DNA of 64,000 nucleotides, from contig CAVYGN010000002.1 in assembly GCA_963768055.1 (NCBI GenBank), positions 1,472,001 through 1,536,000 of the forward strand. Direction: 5' to 3'. Each line of letters begins with the position of its first letter. The first letter of the stretch is position 1. Of this stretch, positions 11,290-19,801 are shown in pieces. The translations under genes were made by a program, and so were the position numbers. The stretch is from an uncultured Spirochaetota bacterium (lineage in GTDB: Bacteria > Spirochaetota > Brevinematia > Brevinematales > JAOACQ01). The notes under the pieces are model-generated. The model was not told the origin of the DNA. It did not search any database and worked only from the letters and a program-made list of their open reading frames with translations.

Positions 11290-11318
11290 TTGACATGATT
11301 ATCTTATTGAGTTAAACT
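11290..11318 (+). promoter_or_regulatory. Sigma-70 promoter P1 of the ABC operon
   Basis: TTGACA-N17-TAAACT. Confidence 0.65.
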
Positions 11319-11325
11319 TCTTATG

Positions 11326-11372
11326 TGACCGGGCGGTCATATTTTTATTCTTCCTGAATGACCGGGCGGTCA
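11326..11372. promoter_or_regulatory. Tandem TetR-type operators
   Basis: Two identical near-palindromes TGACCGGGCGGTCA at 11326-11339 and 11359-11372, 33 bp apart, just downstream of P1 and next to a TetR gene. Confidence 0.75.
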
Positions 11373-11407
11373 TGATATTGCGGGAAATTTGGAGACGAAG
11401 AATAAAT

Positions 11408-11436
11408 TTGACATTAGAATGGTTTTCTTATAGTAT
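11408..11436 (+). promoter_or_regulatory. Sigma-70 promoter P2 of the ABC operon
   Basis: TTGACA-N17-TAGTAT. Confidence 0.6.
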
Positions 11437-11440
11437 AAAT

Positions 11441-11459
11441 GAAAATGATTATCATTTAC
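11441..11459. promoter_or_regulatory. Fur-box-like site
   Basis: GAAAATGATTATCATTTAC matches the GATAATGATAATCATTATC consensus at 15/19 and overlaps the P2 start region. Confidence 0.6.
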
Positions 11460-11483
11460 AGATATTTATGAAGGAGGTTCGTT

Positions 11484-12218
11484 ATGATGAAATGGCTTCC
11501 GGTCTTATTGCTGGCTCCCGCATTCGTATTTTCAATAACGGCTGAAGAGATCGTCAGGGCGGTGGATAAGAACATGGTTTTCGACACTGAAAAAGGCTCC
11601 GCTGTCATGACCATCAACAGGGAAGGCAAAAAGCTGACTAAAACAATGACCCTGGTTGGAAAGAAAAGGGGGAATAGTAATGAATCTTTCTTCGAATTTA
11701 CAAACCCCGAGGATAAGGGTACTAAATATCTCAAAATCGATAATGAACTATGGATATACCTGCCTGACGCCGATGATGTTTTGAAGATTTCGGGGCATAT
11801 GCTAAGGCAGGGAATGATGGGAAGCGATATTTCATACGAAGACATGATGAGGGACGAAGACTATATAAGCAGGTACTCTGCCGTCATATACGGCGAAACA
11901 AATGTAGGCGGAGTGAAATGCTACGATGTGGTTCTTACAGCCAAAGTCGAGGACGTTACATATTACAAGGAAAGGCTCCTGGTCGACGAGGAAAAAATGG
12001 TGGAGGTTGAAAGGGACCTTTACGCAAAGAGCGGGCGTCTGCTTAAAATATTTTCACAGGGAGGGATTCAGACTTTCAAGGGAAGGTATTATCCGACCAA
12101 GTTTACGGTAAGGGATATGAAAAGGGAGGACTCGTTGACGACTATCGAATTACAGAGTCTGGAGTTTGACATCCCTCTTTCCCAGGAATTGTTCTCAAGA
12201 CAAAACCTGAAAAAATAA
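11484..12218 (+). CDS. Outer-membrane lipoprotein-sorting (LolA-like) protein
   Basis: Signal peptide; FTNPEDKGTKYL, LWIYLP, MMGSDISYED and LFSRQNL motifs. Confidence 0.85.
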   Translation: MMKWLPVLLLAPAFVFSITAEEIVRAVDKNMVFDTEKGSAVMTINREGKKLTKTMTLVGKKRGNSNESFFEFTNPEDKGTKYLKIDNELWIYLPDADDVLKISGHMLRQGMMGSDISYEDMMRDEDYISRYSAVIYGETNVGGVKCYDVVLTAKVEDVTYYKERLLVDEEKMVEVERDLYAKSGRLLKIFSQGGIQTFKGRYYPTKFTVRDMKREDSLTTIELQSLEFDIPLSQELFSRQNLKK

Positions 12219-12250
12219 AATCCGGGAAATAAAAAGCGAAGGAGCTTATT

Positions 12251-13321
12251 ATGAAGTGGATTGTAAAGAAAATTATTCTTTCAGTTTCTTCGGTACTGAT
12301 AATAACGCCTCTTTCTTTCGCAGCGATAGACCTTTCAGGCGGCATTCGCAACGACGCCTATTTCATAAAGACGACAAATAATGTTAATTTTGACGACATC
12401 CTGGAAACAAAGCTTATTTTCTCCAGAAAGGCCGAGGAATGGCGTTTTTATGCCGACCTCAGAGTTTATGCATATTACGGCACCAACCTGGCACCTCAAT
12501 CCGCTACTCCGTTTAATTACGGTTTCGACCTCTTACGTGCTTTCATAAGGTACGAGTCGCCGATAGGCGTATGGACCGCCGGTAAGACATATGTAAATTT
12601 CGGCAACTACGGCATTTTCAATCCCTTTGAAATGAACAAGACCGTCGATTTCAGCGACCTGTCCTATGATAAGGACGGCTTTCTCGCCGCCCAATACGAT
12701 CATGCTTTTAACGATCTTTCGGGTTTCAAATTATTCGCGGGGCCCCAGGGAGGTGTAACTAACAGCTCCCTTGGCGGAAGCATTTACGGCCACCTGGAGA
12801 CTTTCGACGGAGGGCTGGTTTACAACAGGCTGGGGCTTAACACCAACAGGGCAGGGTTGTATCTGAAGGGAGACCTTGAAGTAGGGGTAAACCTTTCTTA
12901 CGCTTACCACTTCGACGATTACCTTACAAATAATTTCAGCGAGGCCAGCGCCGGGATCGATTACGGTTTCTTCGACGAGAAACTTCTTGTCTCTCTCACT
13001 TACTATTATGATGAAAAAGGCGCCACGAATACGAACGATTACCAGCCGTACGGGTTTGACGATGTCTATTTTAAAGCCAGGCATTATCTTTTCGGAGATA
13101 TTACTTATAAATACGACGAGTTCCTGAATTTCGATCTGTATCTTTTCCTGAACCTTGTAGATTACTCCGGAGTGATAGCGCCCTCCGCAACATACACCCT
13201 ATCCGACGGCCTAAACATTACCCTGATGTTCAGCTATATAACCGGTTACGATCAACAGGAATTTTCCCGGGACAATCTGGGAGAGTACTCGGTACTCGTC
13301 CGCCTGGACGCAAAATTATGA
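12251..13321 (+). CDS. Putative outer-membrane beta-barrel protein
   Basis: Signal peptide, aromatic/Gly/Asn/Asp-rich amphipathic strands, C-terminal VLVRLDAKL strand. Confidence 0.65.
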   Translation: MKWIVKKIILSVSSVLIITPLSFAAIDLSGGIRNDAYFIKTTNNVNFDDILETKLIFSRKAEEWRFYADLRVYAYYGTNLAPQSATPFNYGFDLLRAFIRYESPIGVWTAGKTYVNFGNYGIFNPFEMNKTVDFSDLSYDKDGFLAAQYDHAFNDLSGFKLFAGPQGGVTNSSLGGSIYGHLETFDGGLVYNRLGLNTNRAGLYLKGDLEVGVNLSYAYHFDDYLTNNFSEASAGIDYGFFDEKLLVSLTYYYDEKGATNTNDYQPYGFDDVYFKARHYLFGDITYKYDEFLNFDLYLFLNLVDYSGVIAPSATYTLSDGLNITLMFSYITGYDQQEFSRDNLGEYSVLVRLDAKL

Positions 13322-13354
13322 ATAGAAATAATTCTTATATTAAGGAGGCGATTT

Positions 13355-14044
13355 ATGCTTCTTGAGGTTAAAAATTTAAATAAGACTTACAAAACGGGCA
13401 ATGTCGGTTTTCAGGCCCTGCATGATATCAATATATCGATAGACAGGGGAGAATTTACTGCGATCTGCGGCCCGTCGGGCTCGGGTAAGACAACACTGCT
13501 GAATATCATAGGGTGCATCGACAGTTCCGATTCGGGCCAGGTGCTCCTTGACGGAGTAGATCTTTCAGGCAAAAAATCACTCGATCTGGCACTTCTGAGG
13601 CGCGAGTATTTCGGGTTCATATTCCAGACTTACAACCTGATTCCGGTGCTCACATCCTATGAAAATATTGAACTTCCGTTAAAACTTCTTAAAAAACTCG
13701 GCGATTCTGAAATCAAAAAGAGGGTTCTGGAAGTCATGGAGGAAGTAGGGCTGTCGGGCCTTGAACACAGGAAGCCCCTTGAACTTTCCGGCGGGCAGCA
13801 GCAGAGGGTTTCTATAGCAAGGGCGCTTGTGAAAAAACCGAAGATGATCCTTGCCGACGAACCCACGGCAAATCTTGATTCGGCGAACGGCGAGTCAATT
13901 GTGCACCTGATGCATGAGTTAAATGATAATGAAGGAGTGACCTTCGTGTTTTCGACCCATGACCAGTTGATTATGAAGCATGCGAGAAGGCTTATCAATA
14001 TCCATGACGGCCGGGTCGAAAGCGATGTCAAGGGTAAAGGATAA
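13355..14044 (+). CDS. ABC transporter ATP-binding protein (LolD/MacB-like)
   Basis: GPSGSGKT, LSGGQQQRV, ILADEPTANLD, STHD. Confidence 0.95.
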   Translation: MLLEVKNLNKTYKTGNVGFQALHDINISIDRGEFTAICGPSGSGKTTLLNIIGCIDSSDSGQVLLDGVDLSGKKSLDLALLRREYFGFIFQTYNLIPVLTSYENIELPLKLLKKLGDSEIKKRVLEVMEEVGLSGLEHRKPLELSGGQQQRVSIARALVKKPKMILADEPTANLDSANGESIVHLMHELNDNEGVTFVFSTHDQLIMKHARRLINIHDGRVESDVKGKG

Positions 14045-14078
14045 GTCCTGTAAAGGATTATAAATAAGGAGGCCTTAA

Positions 14079-15302
14079 ATGGGGTTTCTTTTTTCAATCG
14101 CATTCAAGAATGTCATAAGATATAAGAGAAGAACGGCCCTGACCTCCCTGGTGTTATCTTTCGGTATTATGATCTTTATTCTCATGGCGGGCCTTTTAAA
14201 AGGTTTCGATAACAAGTCGTTCGAAAACCAGATCCAGTTCGAAACGGGAGATTTTAAGATCAGGAGCGGCGTTTTTGACGAGGATTCTCCCCTTGATATC
14301 AGCAATTTTATTAACAACTATAAGAATGTTGAAAATATACTGAATTCAAAATCTTATGTAAAAAGCTACACGGAACGCTTGAGCTTTTCAGCCGACCTTG
14401 ATAATGGGAAGTCAACTTCCCCGATAGTGGTCATTGCTATAAATCCCGGCCGGGAAGATTCGGTTTTCACAACCTCGAACTTCATAGTAAAAGGCGGGCT
14501 TGAGAGGGATGGGGCGGTGCTCGGATATAACCTGGCCAATGACATGAACGTATCGATAGGGGACCAGGTTTATGTGACTTTCCGGAATGCGCAGGGGACC
14601 TACGACTCCGTAGAGCTTAATGTCACAGGAATTATTAATTCTCCCGATCCTCAGGTCAATAATTCTACTATATACATGAACATCTTCGACGCCCAACGCT
14701 ACCTGAATACCGATAGGGTCACCGAACTTGTATTGAAAACAGCGGATTACCGTGAATTTAAAAAATATGAACCGGATCTTATAAAAAGCCTCCAGGGTCT
14801 GAAAGTTTACGACTGGGAAAAACTTGGCCAGGATTTTATCAGGATAGGCCAGGCGAAAGCGCGAACTATCGGATTTCTCCTTTTTTTCATAGCTGTCATA
14901 GCGGTAATTGGAATTATAAACACGATGCTGATGTCGGTATTTGAGAAAAAGAGGGAAATAGGTACACTGAAAGCCCTGGGTATGACTGACGGCGATATTA
15001 AGACGATATTTGTTTTCGAAGGGCTTTTAATAGGCGTTTTGGGGAACCTGGCAGGGCTCGCAGCAGGTATTCTTTTCAATCTTTATTTTTCGGTTCATGG
15101 ATTGGACATTACTGCCTTGATAGGAACATCAAGCATGGATATAGGGTACAAGGTTATGGGTATTGTAAAGGCAGGCTGGGATATTGGCGCTATTTTCAGG
15201 GCCGTAATAGTAAGCCTCTTCGTTAGCATATTGGCAAGTTATTACCCTGCCAATAAGACCGTTATTCTACAACCGGCGGAGTGTCTCAGGACGATCCAGT
15301 AA
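14079..15302 (+). CDS. FtsX/LolC-E-like ABC permease (type A)
   Basis: TM1 plus large periplasmic domain plus 3 TM; INTMLMSVFEKKREIGTLKALG. Confidence 0.9.
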   Translation: MGFLFSIAFKNVIRYKRRTALTSLVLSFGIMIFILMAGLLKGFDNKSFENQIQFETGDFKIRSGVFDEDSPLDISNFINNYKNVENILNSKSYVKSYTERLSFSADLDNGKSTSPIVVIAINPGREDSVFTTSNFIVKGGLERDGAVLGYNLANDMNVSIGDQVYVTFRNAQGTYDSVELNVTGIINSPDPQVNNSTIYMNIFDAQRYLNTDRVTELVLKTADYREFKKYEPDLIKSLQGLKVYDWEKLGQDFIRIGQAKARTIGFLLFFIAVIAVIGIINTMLMSVFEKKREIGTLKALGMTDGDIKTIFVFEGLLIGVLGNLAGLAAGILFNLYFSVHGLDITALIGTSSMDIGYKVMGIVKAGWDIGAIFRAVIVSLFVSILASYYPANKTVILQPAECLRTIQ

Positions 15303-15348
15303 GGTCCTGTCCTGTAAGGCTCTTGTCCTGTAAGGAAAGGAGGTTGAT

Positions 15349-16560
15349 ATGGGATCCGATTTTAAATTCGCTTTAAGAAATGTATTAAGGAATAAACGAA
15401 GATCTTTATTAACCGCCGCTTCGATATTTACCGGTGCGGTCGTAATAGCGCTTATGATAGGTTTCATAAACGGCCTTATAGATAATTTCGAAAGCAATTA
15501 TGTGGATTACCAGACCGGTGATCTTAAGGTTACAACAAAAAACTATGTGAAGTTTGAAAAGTTCCTGCCGGTCGACGAAACCATGACCGGGACGGATCAA
15601 TTGTCTGAGAGTATAAAAAAGATCCCGGGGGTCGAAACTGTAGAGGAAAGGATGCGGTTCGGCATCCTCATGGGAAATGACCAGGATACCGTACCGGCGT
15701 TCGGGATCGGCGCCGATCTCTTCAGCTCAAGGCTTGGCCTATCAGGTAAAATATTAAAACCAGGTACTCTTGAAAAAGAGGGATTATACATAGGGTATGC
15801 TCTCGCGGATAAACTCCATCTTAAGGTTGGGGACGAGATACTGCTTGCCACAAAAACGACTTATGGAGGCCTGAACGGCATCAAGGTCAGGGTGAAGGGG
15901 CTTTTAAGCTTCGGCGTCGGGGTATTCGACCGTAAATTTTTCTTTCTCGATCTTGCGAATGCGAGGAAGCTTTTAAAAATGCAGAATCTGGGTACCGAGC
16001 TTCTTATATTTACAAAAAAGGGTTCATCCGTACCTTCAATACGGGAAAAGATTTCAAGCATCATCCCGAAGACGGATATCGTCAGGGACATCGCGGTTCA
16101 GGTCGGAGGAATATACAATCTTATGACAACGTACAGGTACATTTGCTATTTCTTCGACCTGTTGATCGTCCTGCTCGCCTCTTTCGTGATCATAAGCACT
16201 ATGATGCAGGCAGTGTTCGAACGGATGCGTGAAATCGGAACTCTTAAAGCGATGGGAATGACTGACAGGGAGATATTTGCAGGCTTTACTCTTGAAGGGG
16301 CGATAATAGGAGCGATAGGGGCCCTGCCTGGAGGAATATTGGGATACCTCCTTGTGCTGTTATTCTCCATCAGCGGTATACCCTTCGACCAGATGAAGAC
16401 GGTAGATATGCCTCTCAACTTCATTGTATATCCGTATATAGGGGCGAACGTTCTCATATTGACCATTTTAATGGCCGTTTTCATGTCAAGCGTTGCGGCA
16501 ATGATCCCTGCCAGGAGTGCGGGACGGCTTATGCCGGCCGAAGCCCTGCGAAAGCTTTAG
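15349..16560 (+). CDS. FtsX/LolC-E-like ABC permease (type B)
   Basis: RNKRRSLLT, AVFERMREIGTLKAMG, PAEALR. Confidence 0.9.
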   Translation: MGSDFKFALRNVLRNKRRSLLTAASIFTGAVVIALMIGFINGLIDNFESNYVDYQTGDLKVTTKNYVKFEKFLPVDETMTGTDQLSESIKKIPGVETVEERMRFGILMGNDQDTVPAFGIGADLFSSRLGLSGKILKPGTLEKEGLYIGYALADKLHLKVGDEILLATKTTYGGLNGIKVRVKGLLSFGVGVFDRKFFFLDLANARKLLKMQNLGTELLIFTKKGSSVPSIREKISSIIPKTDIVRDIAVQVGGIYNLMTTYRYICYFFDLLIVLLASFVIISTMMQAVFERMREIGTLKAMGMTDREIFAGFTLEGAIIGAIGALPGGILGYLLVLLFSISGIPFDQMKTVDMPLNFIVYPYIGANVLILTILMAVFMSSVAAMIPARSAGRLMPAEALRKL

Positions 16561-16578
16561 ATTGAACGGGAGGGAAAC

Positions 16579-17808
16579 ATGAAGTATTTATTTTCGTTCG
16601 CGCTGAAGAACATTCTGCGTTACAAAAGAAGAACAATACTTACTTTTATCGTACTTTCCGTGGGAATAGCTTTTTATCTTATGATGGTGGGAATTGTGCA
16701 GGGTTATAAAAAACAGTCAATCGATAATTTTATTCAGTTTGATACCGGGCATTTAAAGGTTAGAAGCGCGATTTACGATAAAGACGACCCTTATTCAATT
16801 TCAAATTATATAGAAAACGCGGAAACGGTGAAAGATGTCGTGAAGAAGAAAAATTATGTCAAGTCCTTTACTGAAAGGATAGAATTTATGGCGGAAGCGG
16901 ACAACGGCAGGGATTCGTCTCCATGCGTGGCTGTGGGAATCGATCCGGAAAGAGATCCGGAGGTCTTTTCTCTTTCCAATTATATCGTAAAGGGCAGGCT
17001 TGAAAAAAACGGGGTTTTATTGGGCAAATCTCTGGCTAAAGACCTCGGGCTTTCTATCGGAGATTCCTTTTTTATCACATTCCGGAACAGGGGAGGAATG
17101 TTCGACTCGATCGAACTTGCCGTTTCGGGGCTGGTCGAATCGGGTGATCCGGTGGTCAATGGTTCCATGCTTTTTATCAGGCTTGACGAGGCAAAGCAGT
17201 ATCTTGCCACTTCGAATGTGACGGAAATAACCCTGATTACAGATAATCCGGATAAAGATGATATCTATCGGAACGACCTGAAAAAACAGCTTCCGGAAAA
17301 TCAGATCGCAACATGGAGGGAGCTGGCCCAGGGAATTGAAGGGGCGGCTAAACAGGATGAAATTTCGACATATATATTCGTGATTTTTATCTCTATCATC
17401 GCAATTGTCGGAATAGTCAATACCATGATGATGTCGGTATTTGAAAAAGTCAGGGAAATAGGAACTCTGAAGGCTATGGGCATGACAGACAGCGATGTCC
17501 GGGGCATATTTGTAATAGAAGGATTTATTATAGGGACGGCTGGAGGGATTATCGGGATGATATTAGGCGGCCTCCTTGTATGGTACTTTGTGGCCGTAGG
17601 TTACGATATTACGGCTATGATGGGGAAAAACAATGAAAATATGATGGCTTCTTTAAGGCTTGCGGGAACGATCCGCGCGATCTGGGATATACCATCCTTT
17701 TTCTATGCTTTTTTCAGTTCGATCATAGCCAGTATGCTTGCCAGTTACTACCCTGCGAAAAAAACCACAGGGATGCAGGCAGCCGAATGCCTTAGGACTA
17801 TACAATAG
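16579..17808 (+). CDS. FtsX/LolC-E-like ABC permease (type A')
   Basis: Paralog of 14079-15302 (IQFDTG, DNG..SP, ends AECLRTIQ). Confidence 0.9.
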   Translation: MKYLFSFALKNILRYKRRTILTFIVLSVGIAFYLMMVGIVQGYKKQSIDNFIQFDTGHLKVRSAIYDKDDPYSISNYIENAETVKDVVKKKNYVKSFTERIEFMAEADNGRDSSPCVAVGIDPERDPEVFSLSNYIVKGRLEKNGVLLGKSLAKDLGLSIGDSFFITFRNRGGMFDSIELAVSGLVESGDPVVNGSMLFIRLDEAKQYLATSNVTEITLITDNPDKDDIYRNDLKKQLPENQIATWRELAQGIEGAAKQDEISTYIFVIFISIIAIVGIVNTMMMSVFEKVREIGTLKAMGMTDSDVRGIFVIEGFIIGTAGGIIGMILGGLLVWYFVAVGYDITAMMGKNNENMMASLRLAGTIRAIWDIPSFFYAFFSSIIASMLASYYPAKKTTGMQAAECLRTIQ

Positions 17809-17818
17809 GGGGGCTTAC

Positions 17819-19033
17819 ATGCAAATGCTTTTAAAATTTGCTTTTAGAAATGTTTTTAAAAACAAGAAAAGAACTGTCCTAACGGCAAGCGCTGTCTTTT
17901 TTGCCGCTCTTATTGTATCGATAGCGATGGGGTGGATAAACGGGATGATCGATATGATGATGGCAAATTATGAGAAGTATCAAACCGGTGATTTCCGGAT
18001 CGCAACGGAAAATTTTTTAAAAAGGGAAAAATTTGTTCCGGTTGATGAAATCATTGCAGATTCCCGAGAGCTGATGTCAAAGATCCGTCTGATTCCGGAT
18101 GTTTCATCGGCGGAAGAGCGGATCAAATTCGGGATTATGCTAGCCAATGGCGATAATACTGTCTTTGCCTTTGGAATGGGGATCGATCTTAAAGATAGCA
18201 ATTTAAAGCTTCAAGAAAAAATAATTGAAGGAACGATAGAAGAAAGCGGTATTTACATAGGAAAAAATCTTGCCAAAAAACTCGGCGTCAAACTAGGCGA
18301 TAATCTTCTCCTCGCCACTAAAACCTCGGAAGGAGGGCTTAATGGAATAAAGCTTCCTGTTAAAGGTATTTTTAAATACAATGTAATTACCTTCGACGAC
18401 CAGTTCTTCTTTATAAGCCTTTTAGACGCCAGAAGACTTCTGAAAATCCCCGCGGGTACGACAGAATTACTAATATATACGAAAAACAGGGTTTCGGCGG
18501 ATAGAATCGGGAAAGAAATAAACGGGCTTCTTTACCAGGGCCTTTCTGCGAAAAATATGCGCGAACAACTCGGTAATCTTTACGATACTTTCGAAGTTAT
18601 GCGCTGGATTTACTATTTCATCTATGCGATCATTGTATTTCTCGCTTCTTTCGTGGTTGTGAATACTATGATGATGGCTGTTTTCGAACGGAACAGGGAA
18701 ATCGGGACTCTCAAAGCGATGGGCATGACCGAAGGAGATATTTTTATGAATTTCCTGCTTGAAGGCGGTATAATCGGTGGGTTGGGAAGCATAACCGGTG
18801 GGGCCCTGGGGTATATTTTTAACTTTGTATTCAACAAAACCGGATTTAATTTTGATTTCGCCATGCAGGGGCTCGCCGTACCGATGGAATATATTATCCG
18901 TCCCCTAATAGGCCCTGATGTGCTGATAGCGACAATCCTTTTCGGTGTCCTGATACCGGCGGCCGCGACGATTTATCCCGCAAACCGCGCGAAAAAATTA
19001 CAGCCCGCTGAGGCATTGAGATCAATTCACTGA
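17819..19033 (+). CDS. FtsX/LolC-E-like ABC permease (type B')
   Basis: Paralog of 15349-16560 (YQTGD, LLATKT..GGLNGIK, PAEALR). Start at ATG 17819 after a GGGGG RBS. Confidence 0.9.
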   Translation: MQMLLKFAFRNVFKNKKRTVLTASAVFFAALIVSIAMGWINGMIDMMMANYEKYQTGDFRIATENFLKREKFVPVDEIIADSRELMSKIRLIPDVSSAEERIKFGIMLANGDNTVFAFGMGIDLKDSNLKLQEKIIEGTIEESGIYIGKNLAKKLGVKLGDNLLLATKTSEGGLNGIKLPVKGIFKYNVITFDDQFFFISLLDARRLLKIPAGTTELLIYTKNRVSADRIGKEINGLLYQGLSAKNMREQLGNLYDTFEVMRWIYYFIYAIIVFLASFVVVNTMMMAVFERNREIGTLKAMGMTEGDIFMNFLLEGGIIGGLGSITGGALGYIFNFVFNKTGFNFDFAMQGLAVPMEYIIRPLIGPDVLIATILFGVLIPAAATIYPANRAKKLQPAEALRSIH

Positions 19034-19111
19034 GGACGCTCTCTACGGGCGCCTTCGGCACCCTAACGGGCACCTTCGGCCCTTCGGATAATGTTATTAG
19101 AACTGCCCTTA
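19032..19111. repeat. MITE-like repeat, degenerate copy B with CTTCGG hairpins
   Basis: Right end TTATTAGAACTGCCCTTA matches the family TIR; three CTTCGG motifs inside. Confidence 0.55.
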
Positions 19112-19194
19112 CCCCCTTGAATAAAATCTATTCCGGCATTATATTATAATAAAAGCAGTAATATGTTCAATTGGCGAAACCAGCCGGAGGTAAT

Positions 19195-19692
19195 ATGGAA
19201 TGCGTTAAAAATATCGCCCTTGTAGCTCATGATAACGAAAAAAGAGACCTTGTAGAGTGGGTTAACTGGAACTCATACCAGCTTCTTGATCATAAGTTGA
19301 TTTGTACGGGCACAACGGGAAAACTTGTAGAAGAAGCGCTGGCCAAGAAAACAGACAGCGAACATCCCCTGAAAAATAAAATAATCAAGCTTAAATCGGG
19401 GCCGTTCGGCGGCGATCAGCAGCTTGGCGCTATGATTGCAGACGGTAAAATCGATATCCTGATATTTTTCTGGGATCCTATGCAGCCTCATCCCCATGAT
19501 GTAGATGTAAAAGCGCTGCTGCGGATATCCGTCCTTTACAATATTCCTACAGCATGCAACAGATCGACTGCCGATTTTTTAATTTCTTCCCCGCTTATGA
19601 ATGAGGAATACATGCCTGCTGTAAGGGACTATTCGGGTTATATAAATAGGAGTGTCAATATCAGTCCGGATGATATTAATAATGAAAAATGA
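19195..19692 (+). CDS. mgsA: Methylglyoxal synthase
   Basis: IALVAHD, TGTTG, SGPFGGDQQ, DPMQPHPHDVD. GGAGG RBS before ATG 19195. Confidence 0.95.
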   Translation: MECVKNIALVAHDNEKRDLVEWVNWNSYQLLDHKLICTGTTGKLVEEALAKKTDSEHPLKNKIIKLKSGPFGGDQQLGAMIADGKIDILIFFWDPMQPHPHDVDVKALLRISVLYNIPTACNRSTADFLISSPLMNEEYMPAVRDYSGYINRSVNISPDDINNEK

Positions 19693-19801
19693 GTTGATTA
19701 TTTTTATTTTTATTTTATTATAATAATTGTCATTGTTCAAACCGGTATTTTTTTTTCAAATTAACATTTTAAAAATGAGTATTTTTTCTGAGGATGTCAG
19801 C

